Below are positions 1 through 13,776 of a stretch of 64,000 nucleotides of DNA, piece after piece (the first letter of the stretch is position 1; the number at the start of each line of letters is the position of its first letter). Both the position numbers and the translations under genes were made by a program. A model generated the notes under the pieces. It was not told where the DNA came from. It made no database searches and was given only the letters and a program-made list of their open reading frames with translations. Source of the DNA: Octopus vulgaris (taxonomy: Eukaryota); assembly GCA_951406725.2 (NCBI GenBank), contig OX597838.1, positions 5,704,001 through 5,768,000 on the forward strand. Reading direction: 5' to 3'.

Positions 1-1536
1 TCCGTTTGTCTGTCCTTGTTTGTACCATCTGTGTTTAGCCCCTTGTGGGTAGTAAAGAAATAGGTATTTCGTCTGCCGTTACGTTCTGAGTTCAAATTCC
101 GCCGAGGTCGACTTTGCCTTTCATCCTTCAAGGGGTCGTTAAATTAAGTACCAGTTACGCACTGGGGTCAATGTAATCGACTTAATCCGTTTGTCTGTCC
201 TTGTTTGTACCATCTGTGTTTAGCCCCTTGTGGGTAGTAAAGAAATAGGTATTTCGTCTGCCGTTACGTTCTGAGTTCAAATTCCGCCGAGGTCGACTTT
301 GCCTTTCATCCTTCCGGGGTCGTTAAATTAAGTACCAGTTACGCACTGAGGTCGATGTAATCGACTTAATCCGTTTGTCTGTCCTTGTTTGTACCATCTG
401 TGTTTAGCCCCTTGTGGATAGTAAAGAAATAGGTATTTCGTCTGCCGTTACGTTCTGAGTTCAAATTCCGCCGAGGTCGACTTTGCCTTCACATCCTTCC
501 GGGGTCGTTGAATTAAGTACCAGTTACGCACTGTGGTCGATATAATCGACTTAAATTCGTTTGTCTGTCCTTGTTTGTACCATCTGTGTTTAGCCCCTTG
601 TGGGTAGTAAAGAAATAGGTATTTCGTCTGCCGTTACGTTCTGAGTCCAAATTCCGCCGAGGTCGACTTTGCCTTTCATCCTTCCGGGGTCGTTAAATTA
701 AGTACCAGTTACGCACTGGGGTCAATGTAATCGACTTAATCCGTTTGTCTGTCCTTGTTTGTACCATCTGTGTTTAGCCCCTTGTGGATAGTAAAGAAAT
801 AGGTATTTCGTCTGCCGTTACGTTCTGAGTTCAAATTCCGCCGAGGTCGACTTTGCCTTTCATCCTTCCGGGGTCGTTAAATTAAGTACCAGTTACGCAC
901 TGGGGTCGATGTAATCGACTTAATCCGTTTGTCTGTCCTTGTTTGTACCATCTGTGTTTAGCCCCTTGTGGATAGTAAAGAAATAGGTATTTCGTCTGCC
1001 GTTACGTTCTGAGTTCAAATTCCGCCGAGGTCGACTTTGCCTTTCATCCTTCCGGGGTCGTTAAATTAAGTACCAGTTACGCACTGGGGTCAATGTAATC
1101 GACTTAATCCGTTTGTCTGTCCTTGTTTGTACCATCTGTGTTTAGCCCCTTGTGGGTAGTAAAGAAATAGGTATTTCGTCTGCCGTTACGTTCTGAGTTC
1201 AATTTCCGCCGAGGTCGACTTTGCCTTTCATCCTTCCGGGGTCGTTAAATTAAGTACCAGTTACGCACTGGGGTCAATGTAATCGACTTAATCCGTTTGT
1301 CTGTCCTTGTTTGTACCATCTGTGTTTAGCCCCTTGTGGGTAGTAAAGAAATAGGTATTTCGTCTGCCGTTACGTTCTGAGTTCAAATTCCGCCGAGGTC
1401 GACTTTGCCTTTCATCCTTCCGGGGTCGTTAAATTAAGTACCAGTTACGCACTGGGGTCGATGTAATCGACTTAATCCGTTTGTCTGTCCTTGTTTGTAC
1501 CATCTGTGTTTAGCCCCTTGTGGGTAGTAAAGAAAT
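1..1536 (+). repeat. Tandem array of a ~184-bp unit derived from a tRNA-related SINE lacking its 5' ~48 nt; 8 full units plus a partial unit, continuing off the left edge
   Basis: 'tccgtttgtctgtcc' recurs at 1, 186, 370, ~556, 740, 924, 1108, 1292 and 1476. The unit matches the body and tail of the SINE monomer at 3374-3591, and the junction is always aaagaaatag|gtatttcgtc. Confidence 0.95.
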
Positions 1537-1659
1537 ATATTTAGCGAAACCACTGAGGGGGGATCATCCTGCGTGCTGGTTCAACCAGCTAGTAAGAGAA
1601 ATGAAGTGCCTCTCAAATTGCTGTCCTAAAAAGTGGTTTTCTATTCTGGTACAAAAGCA

Positions 1660-1850
1660 GCAATTTTGAAGGGTGGTGGGGGGTCATGTCGATTTTATCA
1701 ACTCCGGTGCTCAAATGTTATTTATTTTATCGAACCCCGAAAGTATGACAGGCGAAGTTAAACTGGAGAATTTGAGCTCAGAATGTAAAAACGGTCCAAA
1801 TGCCACCAAGTATTTTTCCGGTGCGCTAACGATTCTGCCAGTTTGCCACG
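1660..1850 (-). mobile_element. Degenerate copy of SINE family A
   Basis: Diverged match to the reverse complement of the 3374-3591 SINE (gtcgatt..., ttttatcgaaccccgaaagtatgacaggcgaag, ctcagaatgtaa). Confidence 0.65.
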
Positions 1851-3373
1851 TTTGCTGCCTTAACGATTAATCACCAAAATAAATTACCTTTGAGACAGAA
1901 AGCCAGCTATTTGGGTGTAGATCTTAGTCAATTACAGTCTTGAACTGAATATCCTAACCCCCCTTTACATTCACCCCCCTTTATATTTGGTAAAATATAG
2001 AACATAAGAAAAGAGTCGAGTGACTTCATATTTCTGTAGTCTGGTACTCTTTGAGTATCCCTCAGAAGCTCAACCAGCACAGATCAGGATTTTTTTCAAA
2101 CGCTGTGATGACAATAAGATCTCCTATCACATAATCAAACAGAGTGTAAAGCATTCCGATTTCCCCTACATATTCGAGACATGAGAACCGGTCGAAAATT
2201 ACATAATTAAATTATTCTACTTTAAATAAATATGCTGGGTATATAAATTGCGGTCGTGTATTTTGTTTTCCCTTGCTTGAGATTAAAATTGAGTCAGTGA
2301 GGAATTTTCTATGCACGATCTTTTAAACAAAATAAAATGGTTACAAGATATATTCTGTCTGTCTGTCTGTCTGTCTTACTCCATCTTTATCTTTCCTCCT
2401 CTGTCATTTCTATCGTTTGATCTCGTGTTCTCGAAGTTGCCTAATCTCTTAACCTGAACTATCGCACTCGCGAGCCACTAAACTCACCCCGCTACGTCAT
2501 TACCAATGAGACGGAACCATTTCTGCCACACTGCCCACTAGTCCAAGTACTTTATTACCAAAATATCGACCCACGGGAAACTTCTGCTTGTTCATGTCGT
2601 CTTAAAAGATTGGATGGTTAGGATTTGAGCGCTGTTTGTCATAAGTCAGATCGAACGGAACGAACCCTAGAAAAAGCAACAACATCAATAATAGCAGCAG
2701 CAGCAGCAACAGTAGTAGTATTAGCAGCAACGACAACAACAGCATCAACAATGGCTGTGTCAACAACAACTTCACTAGATTTCTATTTAGCCGAGCTCTG
2801 ATTGTTTAAACAGTTGAGTTGTTTGTAAAGTGCCTGACGAAAATATTGAATTCTAAGCAGATTATAGCGTTTGAAATTCTGACTCAAGGAAATTAAATCC
2901 GTGCTTACCAAAGATCAAATTAAATTAACATTTAGTCCTCAAGCTAATATTTTAATCTCCTCATTGCATGCGTTTATTGAAATTTAAATTAATTCAAACT
3001 GCAGAATTATCACCCCTTTTGCATGGGCCTCTTATGATTAGCATTAGTCATTGAGGCTATCCTGCACACACCTCCCCTCTTCAAATTTACCTGCAAAGTG
3101 AACTTTGCTTAATTACGGATTTTATGCCATCAGCAGCAGTGAGTGCATTAGCACTGAAATTGTTTGCGGCGAACCGACATCATCGTTTGTGGGTAGGTCA
3201 TATGCTTTGAAGTAATTGTTGCAAAACGCTATTCTCTAAGTTCGCATCCGTCCTTAATCATATTTCTCTTTCCTTTTCTTTCGTAGTTTTTAATCAAAGT
3301 AAACAAAGAAATCTTGCAAAGACGATTGGTTAATTTGTTGGTGTCTGACGAATTGCTTTGCGGCATTAGTTTT

Positions 3374-3591
3374 GGCGGCGAGCTAGCAGAAACGTTAGCA
3401 CGCCGGGCGAAATGCTTAGCAGTATTTCGTCTGCCGTTACGTTCCGCCGAGGTCGAGTTTGCATTTCATCCTTTCAGGGTCGATTAAATAAGTACCAGTT
3501 ACGCACTGGAGTCGATATAATCGACTTAATCCGTGTGTCTGTCCTTGTTTGTCCTCTCTGTGTTTAGCCCCTTGTAGGTAGTAAAGAAATA
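3374..3591 (+). mobile_element. Near-full-length tRNA-derived SINE (family A) with 12-bp TSD
   Basis: Starts ggcggcgagctagcag and ends aaagaaata, flanked by the direct repeat ggcattagtttt (3362-3373, 3592-3603). The central gcatttcatcctttcagggtcgattaaataagtaccag resembles the conserved Meta/Nin-type SINE central domain. There is a short internal deletion over the B box. Confidence 0.9.
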
Positions 3592-3719
3592 GGCATTAGT
3601 TTTAGCTCTTTGCATTCTGAGGATTTGAGTAATAGCCTTACTTTGTAATCCAGATTAAAGTCGTCACCTGAGATGCCTTTAGCAAAATAACCCCTATTGT
3701 ATGATTTCCGGCAAGGTCT

Positions 3720-4450
3720 TTAGTTAGAGGTTCTATCTTATTGTGCACCGATAATAGTTAGGGTCACTAAGAAAAGGACTCTGAGGAACTGAATTTCCGC
3801 CCTTAACTACTATAATTTTTGATGTTAATGACGTCCCTTGTAAACTGTAGTACCTCAACAACTGCAGGGAAACATTAACATGAAGTAAATTCCAGAGAAA
3901 TGATTTTCTAAGAAGTCAGGTTTGGAGATAACGCTCAGTTGAAGGGAAGAGAAAGTTTAATGTACCTAGGTTGACTGAAGCTGAAGAGACAACTGGGCCA
4001 AGGGATGGAGATGTGAGTTAATTCAGCAGCAAATTCTAGGCGACTCTGAGGGTGTGTGTGCCAAATAATTTATTTCAGAGGACTAGAGGACTGAGAAGCA
4101 AAGATGCTATATGATTTAACTGCGCGCATCACAGACGATGATATTTGACAATTTAGCTTTGAGAACCAGAGGAATGAAAGGGGTACAAACGAAGTAATTT
4201 AGCTTTGAGGACCAGAGGAATGAAAAGAGGGATAACTAGCCAGTATAGAAGAGAGGAAGAGAGAACTGAGAAATGCAGTACAAGATAATATAGCTGTGGG
4301 GATGAGATGCCACTATCATTGTCAATAGAGAAAAGGGATTAAAAAGATCCTCACCCAGCCATAACCCTAGACGAGGACAAAACATATTTGTTGTCTCCTT
4401 CATAGTCATTGCTCTATAAACCAGGGACCCATTAAACCTGCATGACACCG
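3720..4450 (-). mobile_element. Possible highly decayed LINE (CR1/Jockey-like) ORF2 fragment containing a 31-bp direct duplication
   Basis: Weak peptide resemblance only (e.g. SDPNYYR vs SDPSNYRP). aatttagctttgag(a/g)accagaggaatgaaa is duplicated at 4150 and 4196. Confidence 0.3.
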
Positions 4451-5604
4451 CCTTTCTCTATGTAATAATTTAAAATTTTGGCGAAAGGCTATCAATTTCG
4501 GGGGAAGTGGTAAGTCGATTGCATCGAGCCCATATCCAACGGGTACATATTTTATCAATTCCGAAATTATAAAATGTAAAGTCGACCTCTGCAGAATTTG
4601 AATTCACGGCGAAAAGACAAAAAAGTGTGTATGTGCATGTGTGTGTGTTTGTTTGTGTGTGCGCGCGCGCTTATAATTGCGTATGATAGTTTGCTTAAGA
4701 AGCTGTTTCAAGCATGTGGTTTGAGGTTCAATCCCGCTTTGCTACACGGTGGGAAAAAACTTATACAATAGCCCGATACCTACGAATAACTTCTAAGTTA
4801 AGGTGATAAAAGAAAACTGTTGAGAATCTCTTCGTATATAGAACTGATGGTGAATGTAACTGAGTTCCACGGAAGATGTTGAAGACATCCAAAACTTATC
4901 GGAAATTGCACCGGTCATTATTGGGATCTAACAATTTGCTTAATATTTTGCACTGAATTTCTCCTATCATATTTTTAAAATCAACTTTCCCACAATTACA
5001 TTTTGTACGTGTTGTTTCTACTTTTAATTGGATAAATAAATAATTAAATCAAAGGATTTTACGCCTCTATACATATGTAATCACTATTAATTAAATAAAT
5101 TATTAATTTTCTTTTATTTTTGTAATTTTAAAAAATTTTTAGATTTAATACATTAAATATATTAGAATTTACTGGCAATCAGAAAAAAAAATTAAGAAGT
5201 TCGACTGCCGAGTGTAATTCGACGGTGTGTAACTGGAATCTTGGTTCAAGTCACGGAATGGAACTGATTTTTTCTGCCTTTCCCAAACACCTGTAGAAGT
5301 CTAATACTCGCATGTCTTATATGAGCTGAGATAGTTGTTGCAGTGACTACTTATGAAATTGGTGGTAAACCAACTAAAAGAGATAAAAGCAATGGTGCTT
5401 ATATGTAACATGAAATGGAAAGAGTGAAAATGTATATTTGAAATATATATATATATTTAAAATATATATATATATATATTCAATAGCACGTGAAAACATT
5501 TTGAAATTTTAAAATCGGTAACGTAATGTAAAAAATGGAATGGGTGGTGTATTCGTACACACATACACACACACCTACACATGTATACACACGTACATAT
5601 AAAC

Positions 5605-5726
<122 letters not shown>

Positions 5727-6322
5727 CGAGAGAGAGGAGAGAGAGATAGCTATAAATATAGATATGTTTTCAAGGGTGTGAATACTTACATCACTCTATC
5801 AATCTATGTCTATATAAACACATGCATGCTGCAATCACACGTATCATATGCATCAAATAGGTATGTGGGAGTATCTCACTCTCTTTATGTGTGCCTGTGT
5901 ATGTATGTGTGCGTGTGAACATGTGTGTGTATATGTGTGGGTATGTGTATGTGTATGTAAGCACAAGTCCGAAGCACAAACTCATATACACCTATAAGAA
6001 AAATATTACAGACATGTGCAATCCATGTTTAAAATACACGCACACAACTTCGGAACCATTCGTGTGAAATTTCTCCGCACGAATTGAAAAAATTAACCAC
6101 ACACAAACATACTTTCAAACACACGCACAAATACACACACGCTACTACGCACAGACACACATACACGCACATACAAAACACTCTAATGCACACACGGAAG
6201 CGTATGGAAAGATACGTTAGCGTAAATATCTGTATTCTGAAAATCCCACGCAGTTACGAAATCAAACGAAAGAAATGTGAACCAATATAAATAACTCAAT
6301 GAAATATTTAGAATGAAGCATA

Positions 6323-6377
<55 letters not shown>

Positions 6378-6677
6378 TTATTTATTAATATTACAAGGCG
6401 TGTATATATCAGAAACGAGAGATAGTTAGCTGTAGGTATATGAATGTAAAAATACGGTTGTATGATAAAAGGATGCGAGTTAAGAGGTAAAAAAAAAAAA
6501 CAGAAAAGAAAAATGCTGTCAAACTCCGAAATGACTTACTGAAACACGTTTAAAATTTATGCATATTCCTATGTAAAAACTTACATGCATAAATAGAGAC
6601 TTGCACAAATTTAAGTTCATATGTAGGAGGAAAGACAAACACATACACACACACATATATATACGAATATATATATA

Positions 6678-6808
6678 CTGAAGATTTCATCTGAATGAAA
6701 CAGTTCTAGTCCTGTAGAAGCTCCTTCTATAAAATAAATTACTTTACTCTCTTATGTATTGAGTACCTTATCTACTGTGGTTAACCCCGACTCAACCCGG
6801 GACCTACA
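6678..6808 (+). mobile_element. Small Penelope-like terminal fragment with a decayed hammerhead motif, embedded between TA tracts
   Basis: CTGAAGA-t-ttca-tc-tgaa-t-GAAAC-agtt-cta, followed by a ~100-nt tail running into (TA)n. Confidence 0.5.
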
Positions 6809-6862
6809 TATATATATATATATATATATATGTGTGTATATATATATATATATGCATATATA

Positions 6863-6919
<57 letters not shown>

Positions 6920-7119
6920 GAATATGCACATGTTTATATATATTTATATATATATATACATATATATGTATGTATATATGAATGTATTTACGCATGTATA
7001 CATTCTAGCAAGGTTCTGTTATGCAACCTTCATATACATGTATGCAAATTTTCTAAACTGTCAACTCGTATATCCGTTAAATGAAGACATATGTGTGTGC
7101 ATATATATATATATATATG

Positions 7120-7488
7120 CTCTCACTCTGTTCTTCACGTTTGTTATGCATCTCTACAATTAACTCAACACATATGTATACAACGTCGACGTGTGTAGGC
7201 TGAACCATTCGAAATACGAGTGTTACGAAATTGATTCGCCAAAAGTATACATCTGCAGCTAAAAGAGAGTCACTTCAGATGGTATTCACATGGATCTCCG
7301 TTAATGAATACCGTGCATACTTTCAGCATATTACATGTAAATGAATTACTGCAGAGAAACAGCTGCCATCACTTGATATTTTAAGATTCAACACATGCAA
7401 AGATATGAACGTACAATTAAGTATACATTCATACCGCTATAAGTCCAATATATTTGTATAGATAAATACCTACATATATGTATATACA

Positions 7489-7558
<70 letters not shown>

Positions 7559-7913
7559 TGTAGGTATTTATCTATACAAATATATTGGACTTATAGCGGT
7601 ATGAATGTATACTTAATTGTACGTTCACATCTTTGCATGTGTTGAATCTTAAAATATCAAGTGATGGCAGCTGTTTCTCTGCAGTAATATATTTACATGT
7701 AATATGCTGAAAGTATGCACGGTATTCATTAACGGAGATCCATGTGAATACCATCAGAAGTGACTCTCTTTTAGCTGCAGATGTATTCTTTTGGTGAATC
7801 AATTTCGTAACATTCGTATTTCGAATGGTTCAGCCTCCACGCGTCGACGTTGTATAAATATGTGTTGAGTTAATTGTAGAGATGCATAACAAACGTGAAG
7901 AACAGAGTGAGAG
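7120..7913. repeat. Long inverted repeat: ~360-bp arms (7120-7480, 7551-7913) around a (TA)n spacer
   Basis: Arms are reverse complements with about 10 substitutions by manual comparison. The left arm also abuts a TA tract at 7101-7118. Confidence 0.95.
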
Positions 7914-8086
7914 GATTGAGCAATACTTGCACGGTACAACGGTAACAGCTAATAAGTTCAAAGTGACAACCTGGGAAGGGCTTTTCAAAGGAAATAAATT
8001 GGAGTTACTTGTAAAAGGTGTAAGATGCAATACTAAAGCAGTTGAAATAACGAAGTGGTGTATACAGGAATATATATATATCTATC

Positions 8087-8131
<45 letters not shown>

Positions 8132-8196
8132 CTGTGTGTGTGTCTGTGTGTGTGTGTGTAAGTGTGCATGTGCGTCTGTGTGTATATTTATATATA

Positions 8197-8326
8197 CAGG
8201 GTGTCCCCAAAAAATGTATACACACCTTAAATAATTGTAAATTTGTTATTCTTTGTAAGCCTAGTACTTATTCCATCGTTCTTTTTGCCGAACCACTATG
8301 TGTATACATTTTTTGGGGACACCCTG
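8197..8326. mobile_element. Tc1/mariner-type MITE, 130 bp, perfect 28-bp TIRs, TA flanks
   Basis: TA|cagggtgtccccaaaaaatgtatacaca ... tgtgtatacattttttggggacaccctg|TA. Confidence 0.9.
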
Positions 8327-8662
8327 TATATATGTATTTATCATGTATAGATGTATATATATATATATATATGCATACTTGTATACATATGAACAATAAA
8401 CGTGTCTATATATATATATATATAAATTTCATCATGCCAAGGACCTGTATATAATCCTTCAAAAGATGTTTACATCCTGGTTCTCCGATTTTTACCAGTA
8501 TTCAGAGAGAAACTAAATACGTTCGCGTTGCATTGATAAATATGGATATTTAAGTTATTTATGAATAAGAAAAAGAACAAAAAGCATTTCATATGATATT
8601 GATTTGAATATGTCTGAATAAATTGATGTCTAAATGTTAATTTCTCTATTTCGTCTTATCCT

Positions 8663-9178
<516 letters not shown>

Positions 9179-9241
9179 CCTCTCTCCTATGCTACTAGCT
9201 GGCATAAACAGGTGCTTACATTTATCAAGTATTCACCCTGA

Positions 9242-9285
<44 letters not shown>

Positions 9286-9643
9286 GTGTATGTATGTATG
9301 TTTGTTAAGAAATTATTTTGTAAAAAGATATATGGAATTAGACAAGGTGATCGTATTGAGGCATTTAGCAGGATTGTAAGACTCGTATATGTTGACACGG
9401 TTCCATCACAATAATCTGCCGCCACGTACAGTGAGTGATTAGTAAAATTAAATAATCCCTGGTAATCTATACTAATTATTCATGCAACTCGATTTTTTTT
9501 TCTGGTCAAACATCCTTAGTCTGTTACAAAGGGGCAGTGGAGAAATGGGTATGGACATAATTATACTCTCAAGTTTCAAACCTCGGACGGTTACATACGG
9601 AAAGAAAAGATTCCTGTTCGAGACCGTAAACAGATATTAGGAG

Positions 9644-9766
<123 letters not shown>

Positions 9767-10161
9767 GTGTGTGTGTGTGTGTGCGCTTACATTCACATAT
9801 ATGCTTGCGTACACAAGTATTACTTAATGTATACATACGTAGACTCACACACAATCACAAACAAACACTTACACACACACACACTCAAATATATTTACAT
9901 ATACATATATATATATATGTATACATGTATATGCGTGTGTGTGTATGTGTCTATGTATGTATACATTAAGAATTGTTTGCATGCACAAGTATATGCGTAC
10001 ATATATATACACACAAACACACGTATGTATAACTATATATATGTATGCGGGTGTTTGTTGTATCTGTTTGTGCTTCTCAGTATATACATATATACATATA
10101 TATACAACTATATATATACGGACATACATGCACACACACACAAGCATATGTATGAATGAAC

Positions 10162-10193
<32 letters not shown>

Positions 10194-10436
10194 TGAGAGA
10201 GAGAGAGTAACTTATGTATGCATTCATATATGTGCGCTAGCTGGTTCAGAAATCTGATTCTATTTTGTGATTGTTATATTTCTTCACATATTTTACATAT
10301 CCCCATTCGATCGTTCGATCGTTAATTGATTCTACCGAAGCGAGAATATATGTAGGCGATCTTTGATGTTTACTGGTGGTTTATGTCAGGTTATTCATTG
10401 CATCGTTCTCTCTCCCAATTTCTCCCTCTCTCTCTC

Positions 10437-10500
<64 letters not shown>

Positions 10501-10959
10501 TATGTACACGTATTAATGTTTGTCTCTATGCACATAGAACTGAGAAAGCGGATGTTTGGTACGCCGATAGTCAGCGATAAAAACGAAATAGAGAAAGCGA
10601 GAGAGGAAATTTTGTATAGTAGAGCGAATGAGTGCGTTCGGAGATAAGTGACTGCTTCATTTAAGCGTGATCGAATTATTGAGTAGAATAATTCAAGCAG
10701 AAACAGTTTTAATCCTCTACATCTCTATGAATATATAAAGGGAATCTAGAAACCGTAATCCTTATACGATTATTGTGGATATTCTGGATTCAGTAAAGTC
10801 ATTTGAGATCTATTTTGCTAATCGTTCAGATAAATTGCCTGCCTTAAGTGATGCGAATAATCAGCGCTTGGTTCGTTTTTAATTTTATTTTTCACTGTTC
10901 TTTTCGGAGAGTACATGTGTGTGTATGTGTGTGTGTATATTAGACAGATAGATTTATGT

Positions 10960-11065
10960 AACATAGGTAAGCAACTAATCACTGACATAAACTTTCTTAT
11001 ATGCCTTTAGCTATCCATTTGTGTACATAAGCAGGTGCTTTTATATTTATATTATTATGTATATA

Positions 11066-11141
<76 letters not shown>

Positions 11142-11800
11142 GCAGGTGCGTAAGTTATTTGAGGACATAACATTCTGGGGGGTCATTTCTGCATTTTCTG
11201 CTAACTGTATAATCTTTGTTTCAGAAAATAATAATGGCAGACCCTCAGCTTACACATGAAATGAAGAGGCAAGCATAAAAAGCGTTCTAAACGCTCTGAA
11301 TTCATCAGAACACGTGAACGTACCCAGCAAGTTTAACAGACCATTGATTACAATCTCAGAAAATCCATGCAGTCAATTGCAAAAGTTCTCCATTTGTCAG
11401 AAGGAACAGTTAGATATGTTGTCCAGGAAAATATCGCAGATACAGTTTTTAATGATGAGGAAATGTCAATTTGGCAGGAAAAGCAAAAGAAAATCACTAC
11501 ATCCGATCTAAAAGACTCTTAATCAAACTGAAAAATTCAACAGAAGATTTGATTGGGTTTTATCTCAAACGAGTAAAACCTAGACTAAGATCAAAAAGTT
11601 AGCAGAAGAAATAATAGATGGTTATATGCAGACCCTGCTATATTTCTAAGTGTTATACAAAGAAAATTTCCGGCAATTGTCATGGTTTCGGGTGTTTTCA
11701 GTAATGAAGGTCATGTGATGCCTCCCTACTTCTTTCTACAAGGCCTTAGAGTCAGCTCTGCCGTCAACATTAACATCCTGAAAATGATTGTTAAGCCCTT
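10960..11800 (+). mobile_element. Decayed Tc1/mariner-superfamily (maT/DD37D-like) transposon with transposase remnant
   Basis: 11589-11798 translates DQKVSRRNNRWLYADPAIFLSVIQRKFPAIVMVSGVFSNEGHVMPPYFFLQGLRV, typical of the maT-type DDD domain. The upstream part has frameshifts and stops, and the 5' boundary is approximate. Confidence 0.75.
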
Positions 11801-11922
11801 AAGTCGGTCATCACCATGACCGACCGGGCTATCAGATGTTGCTACACATCGCTGGTCACAATGCATTTCGCATTGTTTTGACTTTAGATGACGCCACCCC
11901 GCTGCCTAACCGAGCAGGCCAA
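11801..11922 (-). mobile_element. 3' tail fragment of an RTE-type LINE/SINE truncating the maT relic
   Basis: Reverse complement ggcctgctcggttaggcagcggggtggcgtcatc..gcattgtgaccagcgatgtgtagcaacatctgatag; a related decayed tail lies at ~53335-53430. Confidence 0.55.
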
Positions 11923-12599
11923 TGTATATATATATATATATATATATATACATTTTTATAGTTGTATATATATCAATTAATGATTCACAGCACAACAAGA
12001 ATTGCATTTCTGTCACGAAAATCTTCGTCGACATCTTGTTATGTATACTAGACTGAAAAATGTATCTGAATGTTTTTCGCGAAAATTGAACTCTCTCCGT
12101 AAAGAACCTGCTCCAAATATGACGAATGAAATTTTCTGACGTTCTGGCTGCTTGTCGTCCTGCCTGTAGTAGTAAATACATGTATCTAATTTAGCCAAAA
12201 CGCTAGCACATTTGAAGTGATTTTTTTTTTTGGTAATTTGAAGTGAGCTGATACCTTCAAACTGTATATGTAGAAACGAAGTGTTAAAATTAATTTCAAT
12301 TGATGATTTTAAGTTTAGTTTATTGACTCCGAAAGAAGGAATGTCTACCTTTGCCTCACCGTAATATGAACACACATCTGTAATAATAATTTTGTTGTGC
12401 CAAAAAAATCAAAATCAACAGATTTGAAGGGAGTGGATTCTGGGCTCAACAACAATGTGAACCTCATTTCAGTAAGTAACGAACATAGACTAATACTACA
12501 AATTTATTTTCGTTTCCGGTGCTATAAGTATCTGGCCACAACACCACCACCCTTGCCCATGCGTAACACTTTATACTATAGGAGTATGGCTGGAAATAT

Positions 12600-13145
12600 T
12601 TCGGGGAGGAGAGAATGACCCACTGGTAAGTCTTATTTTTTTTATAGAAAATGAAGTGGTGAAAGTTTAAGATAAGTTGAGTTGTATTTGAACACAGAAC
12701 GTAAAGAATCATAGGAAATGCCTCTAACTATTTTGCTATTTTGCACGACTTGCCTTGCTAACCGAGCACCTTCCTGAACTGTGAAATTTAGTCAAAGTGG
12801 AATAAGTCGATTATATCCACCCTACTGTCCAGCCTGCTCTTACTTTATCTACAGGAAGTGGTTGAATGGCTAAGTTGATATCGACGGAAATTCAACACAG
12901 AATATTAAAAGACAGAAGAAATGTGACGTGATATTTTGTCTGTGACGTTCACGTTTCTACCAAATACATTCTGACTTCAAACTTTGGTACATGGTCAAAC
13001 ATTTAGAGGGTGGGGGATAAGTCGATTACATGGATGCCACAGTGCAACTGGTACATATCGTATCGTCCTTGAAGTAGTCAAAGGCAAGTCGACACCGGCA
13101 GAATATGAACTCAGAACGTAAAGACGGATAAAATTACGCTGAACT
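12600..13145 (-). mobile_element. Cluster of about 3 old degenerate SINE family A copies
   Basis: Recurring taagtcgatta, aaaggcaagtcgacaccggcagaatatgaactcagaacgtaaag and similar motifs. Confidence 0.6.
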
Positions 13146-13534
13146 GTTTCCAAGTCTGCTAGTGATTGAGCCAATTCAACTTGTTAAGTAGGAATGCTTA
13201 AAGGAATGTCATTAGCCAGGTAAGTATGAAAATAGAATCCTATTATAACAAGATACAACAAGATTGGAACAAGTACTAAAGTCAAAGGTATCTTAAGATC
13301 AATATAGAAATTCTGATATAAAAACTTATTAAATATTTCACAAACAAAAATGAACAGCAAGTCTGTAATTATAATCTAAAGCACACACAAAAAACAGCTG
13401 CAATATTCAATATTTCATTTGTGTGTTTATTTATTTATTTATTTATTTCATGTTGAGTTTGAACTGAAGATCATTTTTTTATATTTCATTATATTTTTCA
13501 ACTTACACACGTACGTATATCTCCATATACATTT

Positions 13535-13776
<242 letters not shown>

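Noticed and set aside
1-1536. CRISPR array or hammerhead retrozyme array
   Set aside because: There are no unique spacers or cas genes, I found no CUGAnGA..GAAA core on either strand of the unit, and the unit is SINE-derived.
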